From positions 1 through 64,000 of the forward strand of contig RXIG01000002.1 in NCBI GenBank assembly GCA_004212155.1: a DNA stretch of 64,000 nt. The letters run 5' to 3'. Positions 59,184 to 64,000 of this stretch are shown in pieces. This stretch comes from an archaeon (GTDB lineage Archaea; Methanobacteriota_B; Thermococci; Methanofastidiosales; NM3). Under the pieces are notes generated by a model that made no database searches, was not told the origin of the DNA, and worked only from the letters and a program-made list of their open reading frames with translations. Numbering within the stretch: the stretch's first letter is position 1; the number at the start of each line of letters is the position of its first letter. The position numbers and the translations under genes are program-made.

Positions 59184-59414
59184 ACATCTCACTTTGAATA
59201 CGATTTAATATACTTTACCATCTGGGCCTGAGCACCATCGGCGGCAAGGGCAGTATGTCATTATCGAGACGAGGGGAGAGTGGGCGTGGCCGAAGCAGAA
59301 GCATGGGCGCATTGTATCAGAAACTGAAGATGATTCTTCATTTGTACGTATCTGCGAATTATATTTACCAAAAGACTTTTAAGCTAGCTGCAAAGACTTG
59401 CATGGTGTCATTTC

Positions 59415-60440
59415 ATGTCCATAAAAGTAGGCATTGTCGGGTATGGAACCATTGGCAAGCGTGTTGCTGACGGTGTTGCTGCATCACCAGGCATGGAGGT
59501 CGCGGGGGTCACAGGACGCCGCTACGCATGCAAGATGGATATCGCCAGGCAGCGGGGCTATCCCGTTTACGTCGCACCCGATGGTGCGTCAGAGTTCCAG
59601 GACCGCGGATTCGAGGTCGGGGGCACGATGGAGGACCTTTGCGAGGAGGCGGACATCATCGTTGACGCCACCCCCAGCAAGGTACCTGCGCAGAACATGC
59701 CGCTCTACGAGGCCAAGGGCGTCAAGGCGATCGTGCAGGGTGGTGAGGACCATGCGCTTACCGGATTTTCCTTCTCGTCCCTTGCCAACTATGAAGAGGC
59801 GCTCAACAGGGAGCACGCCCGCGTGGTATCATGCAACACGACAGGACTCTCACGGCTCATCTCGACGCTCGATGGGGCATATGGTGTGGAAAATGTCTTT
59901 GTCACGCTCATACGCCGCGCCGCAGACCCGAAGGAATCGAAGAAGGGCCCAATAAACGCTGTGAAGCCCGTCATGGGCGTCTCACACCACGGCCCTGATG
60001 TGATGACGGTCATGCCGCACATCAATATCTACTCGATGGCCGTTGCCGTGCCTCACACGCTCTCACACGTTCACACGCTTCGAGTACGCCTTGAGACCCC
60101 GCCGACAAAGAGGGAGCTTGTTGAACTTTTCGATTCAACGCCGCGCATCGTGCTCAGGAAGGGCAAAGAGGGATTTTCCGACACGGCCCAGATAGCAGAG
60201 TACTATCGCGACTTCAGACCGCGCTACGACATGCCTGAGCTGTTCATATGGGACGAACCACTCGATGTCGTCGACAATTACGCATATATCATGGCCAATG
60301 TCCACCAGGAATCGATCGTCGTGCCTGAAAACATCGATTGCATCAAGGCCATGTGCGGCATGGAGACTGATAAGATGAAGGCGATCTACGAGACCGACAA
60401 GGCGCTTGGCATCGCTAAGGACAAGCGATGTTACACGTAG
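59415..60440 (+). CDS. gap: Glyceraldehyde-3-phosphate dehydrogenase, archaeal type II
   Basis: GYGTIGKRVAD, QGGE, VVSCNTTGL, RR..DP, SHHGPDV and HQESIVVPENID. Confidence 0.96.
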   Translation: MSIKVGIVGYGTIGKRVADGVAASPGMEVAGVTGRRYACKMDIARQRGYPVYVAPDGASEFQDRGFEVGGTMEDLCEEADIIVDATPSKVPAQNMPLYEAKGVKAIVQGGEDHALTGFSFSSLANYEEALNREHARVVSCNTTGLSRLISTLDGAYGVENVFVTLIRRAADPKESKKGPINAVKPVMGVSHHGPDVMTVMPHINIYSMAVAVPHTLSHVHTLRVRLETPPTKRELVELFDSTPRIVLRKGKEGFSDTAQIAEYYRDFRPRYDMPELFIWDEPLDVVDNYAYIMANVHQESIVVPENIDCIKAMCGMETDKMKAIYETDKALGIAKDKRCYT

Positions 60441-60535
60441 GTCAAAAATACCCCTAACCTTTATATTTTTCTTTTTTTGGCTGTAATTCCAATACTTTTT
60501 TATTCCTTTTGTAAGCAAGTAGTGAACGTGATACG

Positions 60536-62380
60536 ATGCGAAGGGCAGTGATTACGCTTATGTGTGCACTCATGCTACTGGCAATGGTGCCGCACCCCTC
60601 ATACGGTCAACCGTTCGATCATACAGTAACGATACATGCGCCAGCGGTCGCGATGCAAAATGGTTCATATGTCGGCACGGTGAGCGAGATGGTCGTTGGT
60701 ATCTCGGAGGGGGATGGTTCGATCTATGTTGAGACCTGGCCCCTGTCCGAGATCGATACGCAGGCATCTGCGCGCATCGCTGTTTCAGTGGCAGGGGAAC
60801 TCACAGGTATGGACATGCAGGCTCATAATTTTTACTACTCCATCGTCTCCGAGGCGCCCGTCATCGGGGGACCTTCCGCAGGCGGCATCCTGACCGTCGC
60901 TACCGTGGCATGCCTCAATGGATGGGAGATGGACCAGGACGTCATGATGACGGGCATGATCAATCCCGATGGGTCCATCGGTCCCGTGGGCGGCATATAC
61001 GAGAAGGCGAAGGCGGCCCATGAATACGGCATCACCACATTCCTCGTTCCCGAGGGCCAGGCAACGGTGCAGCACGATGACGAGACGATCGACCTCAGCA
61101 CGTATGCACCTCGAGAATGGGGCATGGAGGTCAAGGAGGTCTTCGATATAGAGGATGCAATAGCCGAGTTCACAGGGTATACCTATGAGAAAGAGGAGTT
61201 CGAGGGCGACCTCGAAGTTGACACGTCTTTTTTTGCATCAGATGTCGAGGCGGAGCTCGCCTTGACCAGGGACCTCAAGGAACAGGTGACCGAAGAACTC
61301 TCATCAGCATCGATCAGCGAGAGCATACGTTCCGAACTTGCCCAGAATACGGACTCGGCAGACCAGCGCATCATCGACACTGAAAAAGCAATTGAGGACG
61401 AGTTGTACTACACCTCGCTTTCATACCTCTTCCAGGCGCGCATATCATATATGTATGTCAGCTATTCTCTTGAATACCTCCAAAGCGATGATCGCGGCTC
61501 GGTCATGGCTTCAACGCTCGATGACGTGCAAGCGTTCATCGACGAGACGGCGTCGATGGTGGAGGAACGTTCCGAAGATCTCGAGGGATACTCGGCGCTT
61601 GAGGCGTACTCTGCTGCGGAGGAACGATCGTTTGAGGCACAGCGCTATCTGGACGATGCGAAAAGGCAGGTCACCTTAAACGATGCTGCTTCTGCACTCT
61701 ACAATGCAGCGTTCGCATACGAGCGTGCGCGCACGAGCCGGTTTTGGCTTGATGTCATGGAACGTTGTTCAGGCGGCGAGTCAATCGACATGTCGGCGCT
61801 CGAGGCAGATGCAGAGACACTCATCAACGATGCGAACCTAACCTTCATCTACGCGACAAGGCTCAATATCTCCAATTCACTCATAACGAATGCCCAGGAG
61901 CTCCTCCGGTCCGCTCAAAAGGAGTTCAACAATGGCAACTACGCCGCAGCACTCTACGATGCGATGGAGAGCAAGGCGAGCGCATCGGTCGCCATCCAAT
62001 TCTTTGCGACGGGCGAGGAAGGTGTCGAACTTGCGATGCAGCGCGCCAAACAACAGGCAAGCGAGGCCATACAGCGTCAGCAGTCCCATGACATCACACC
62101 CGTGCTCTCGATGTCGTACTTCGAGTATGCTTCGACGTTTGAGCAGGACCAGTCGTACGGGCAGGCGACGATGTATTACAAGTATGCAAAGGGCATCGCC
62201 AACGCGTTCAAGTACACCAAGGGCGGATTCACGCCCGGTACGCCCGACGTATCAAACGGCGGCGAGGAAAGTACTTCAGGCATACCGCTTGTCCCTGTTG
62301 GGACGTTCATAATCGGTGCCATCGTCGGCATCGGGGTGGCCCTTGCGATCAAGGGTAGGTCGAGGACGCAATCTTTATAA
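60536..62380 (+). CDS. Secreted, membrane-anchored Lon-like (S16) serine protease
   Basis: Signal peptide; Ser-Lys dyad in GGPSAG and TG.I.PDGSIGPVGGI.EK; C-terminal TM helix plus basic tail. Confidence 0.88.
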   Translation: MRRAVITLMCALMLLAMVPHPSYGQPFDHTVTIHAPAVAMQNGSYVGTVSEMVVGISEGDGSIYVETWPLSEIDTQASARIAVSVAGELTGMDMQAHNFYYSIVSEAPVIGGPSAGGILTVATVACLNGWEMDQDVMMTGMINPDGSIGPVGGIYEKAKAAHEYGITTFLVPEGQATVQHDDETIDLSTYAPREWGMEVKEVFDIEDAIAEFTGYTYEKEEFEGDLEVDTSFFASDVEAELALTRDLKEQVTEELSSASISESIRSELAQNTDSADQRIIDTEKAIEDELYYTSLSYLFQARISYMYVSYSLEYLQSDDRGSVMASTLDDVQAFIDETASMVEERSEDLEGYSALEAYSAAEERSFEAQRYLDDAKRQVTLNDAASALYNAAFAYERARTSRFWLDVMERCSGGESIDMSALEADAETLINDANLTFIYATRLNISNSLITNAQELLRSAQKEFNNGNYAAALYDAMESKASASVAIQFFATGEEGVELAMQRAKQQASEAIQRQQSHDITPVLSMSYFEYASTFEQDQSYGQATMYYKYAKGIANAFKYTKGGFTPGTPDVSNGGEESTSGIPLVPVGTFIIGAIVGIGVALAIKGRSRTQSL

Positions 62381-62407
62381 GGAATGATCCTCTTGGTGAG
62401 TGATGGC

Positions 62408-62481
62408 GGGCCCGTGGTCTAGTTGGTCATGACGTCGCCTTTACGAGGCGAAGGTCACGAGTTCGAATCTCGTCGGGCCCA
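62408..62481 (+). tRNA. tRNA-Val(TAC)
   Basis: Acceptor stem GGGCCCG/CGGGCCC; anticodon arm TCGCC-TT-TAC-GA-GGCGA; T-loop TTCGAAT. Confidence 0.96.
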
Positions 62482-62777
62482 CTCGCCTTGTTATATTCTT
62501 CTTTTCAAATAACGTTTTTATGGCTGCACGAGTTCATAGTTGTGTGGCACGTATACCTAAGGACCTTCTCACATTGGAAGGGATCGAACGAATGCTTCAT
62601 GCCCGTTGTCGCATCATGGGCAAAGGTACGTATCGTTGCACCCTGAAGGACTCTGATGGCGACATCATCTTTTACCTCTTTGACGAAAGGCGTGGCAAGG
62701 ACCATTTTGACAGGAAAAGATGCGAGCAAGATGGGTCAAGACATCATCTTATCGTCTTCTCACAGAGTGAGGACCGC

Positions 62778-64000
62778 ATGACAATCGATGCGCGCATCGG
62801 GTCACACAACTACCACCGTGCCATCGATGCAGGGCATGGCACAGAACATGGTGTCGAATTGCTGCATGACGCATTGCGACACCCCAGCGATCTATGGGGG
62901 TGGCATAGCTTCCTTGAGCGCAGGGACGTCATCGCACTCCTTGCGTCACATTGTGAAAAGGGCATATCCGCACTGCAGGGAACGCTCAATACCGACGATG
63001 CCACTCGTTATGTGCTGCAGTTGCTGTTACTCGATCACCTTGTGCATCGTGGACACCTCTGTGGTAGAGGACCGTTCCAGGCGGTACCTGGACGCTCATC
63101 TCATGATGCCGTACCTTGGTCGGAACAGGTCGCTCGCCTTATAGGGCTCATGGCGTATCCACCTCATGAAGCAGAAGCGGAGATGGTGCCACCGCTTGGT
63201 CCCTCGATACTCCTTGGTGGAGCCGCCCCTTCTACGAACATCCCCGATCCGTTCTTCTACTCCGCTGGTGATTGGTCGTTTTTTCCTCTTCCCGTTTCTC
63301 GTGGAGAGCTTGATGTCCATGTGATAGCTCACGTTGCAGAAGCCATATTGGATCAGGAAAGCCGCAAGACGTGCGGATGCTTCTTTACCCCACAACCGTT
63401 GGTGACCCATATGTGCTGGCGTACCATTGTCCCATGTGTCGTATCGATGGCAAACGGAGCCAGCGCAACATCGTACCACGGAGCGGACGAAGGGCTTCGC
63501 TCGGGCGATCCTGCCTGGCTCGATGCGTTCACACATGCTCTCCGTAACGTCCGTATCGTCGATCCTTCCTGCGGAAATGGCCATTTCCTCGTAGAGGCCC
63601 TGTCAACACTCGTTCGATTGCACGAAGCACTCGTCGACGTTCATCCTCAGGCAGCAAAGGATATAGACGCCCCCTGGCACTTCATCGAGCACTGCATCTG
63701 TGGCGTGGACATCTCTGCGATGCTCGTTGACATGACGCGCCTCAGGCTGCGCATGAAGGCCTTATGCAGCACAGGTGAGTTAAGGGATGTAGGAGACCGC
63801 TGCCATGTGGGCAACGGTTTGCTCGGGACCATACGGCAAGATGAGGATGGAAGGACTTCCCCTTCGCATACCACCTACGCAGGGGATGGGAGCGTTCAAG
63901 GGAGCATGCCCCATGAATGGACAAAATGGCATGCAGACGTGTTTTCGAAGCGTGGTGGATTCGATGTCGTCATCGGCAATCCCCCTTATGGCAAGGTCAA
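62778..64000 (+). CDS. N6-adenine DNA methyltransferase (Eco57I/type IIG-like), partial, runs off the window
   Basis: Translated by hand from the ATG at 62778 (GTGAGGA upstream), open to the window end: RKTCGCFFTP, IVDPSCGNGHFL, GVDI, VGNGL and GGFDVVIGNPPY. Confidence 0.85.
   Translation, partial: MTIDARIGSHNYHRAIDAGHGTEHGVELLHDALRHPSDLWGWHSFLERRDVIALLASHCEKGISALQGTLNTDDATRYVLQLLLLDHLVHRGHLCGRGPFQAVPGRSSHDAVPWSEQVARLIGLMAYPPHEAEAEMVPPLGPSILLGGAAPSTNIPDPFFYSAGDWSFFPLPVSRGELDVHVIAHVAEAILDQESRKTCGCFFTPQPLVTHMCWRTIVPCVVSMANGASATSYHGADEGLRSGDPAWLDAFTHALRNVRIVDPSCGNGHFLVEALSTLVRLHEALVDVHPQAAKDIDAPWHFIEHCICGVDISAMLVDMTRLRLRMKALCSTGELRDVGDRCHVGNGLLGTIRQDEDGRTSPSHTTYAGDGSVQGSMPHEWTKWHADVFSKRGGFDVVIGNPPYGKV

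Noticed and set aside
62505-62729. 74-aa minus-strand ORF after tRNA-Val
   Set aside because: No motif or clear RBS; not recognisable as an integrase fragment

Overview
This is a chromosomal segment of an archaeon. The evidence is an archaeal RNA polymerase operon with unsplit RpoB, archaeal ThrRS, type II GAPDH, Cdc48, EF-2 with the diphthamide loop, BRE/TATA promoters, and a free-standing 5S rRNA linked to tRNA-Asp. These traits fit a Thermococci-related lineage such as Ca. Methanofastidiosales/Theionarchaea (inference only). The most striking region is 1-12.6 kb. It holds a Malonomonas-type malonate decarboxylase cluster (BCCP, MadA, ACP, two carboxyltransferase subunits, a MadH-like ligase, MdcG, CitG). 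The cluster has no Na+-pumping membrane subunit and no transporter, and instead carries its own ATP-dependent biotin carboxylase. It is followed by a second, soluble acyl-CoA carboxylase whose biotin carboxylase has a fused epsilon/PccX-like tail. Other oddities are a translationally coupled pair of CRISPR-independent Cas4-like proteins (one intact, one catalytically dead but keeping its Fe-S cysteines), a PfkB-fold probable pseudokinase coupled to ribose-1,5-bisphosphate isomerase, a DUF373 membrane protein fused to a 7-bladed beta-propeller next to an AglB-like GT-C enzyme lacking WWDYG, and an N6-adenine DNA methyltransferase (missed by the ORF track) right after tRNA-Val. The rest is housekeeping: transcription/translation operon, Zn-type ABC and ECF transporters, nucleoside salvage and proteostasis. 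All assignments come from motif recognition by eye; no database searches were run.
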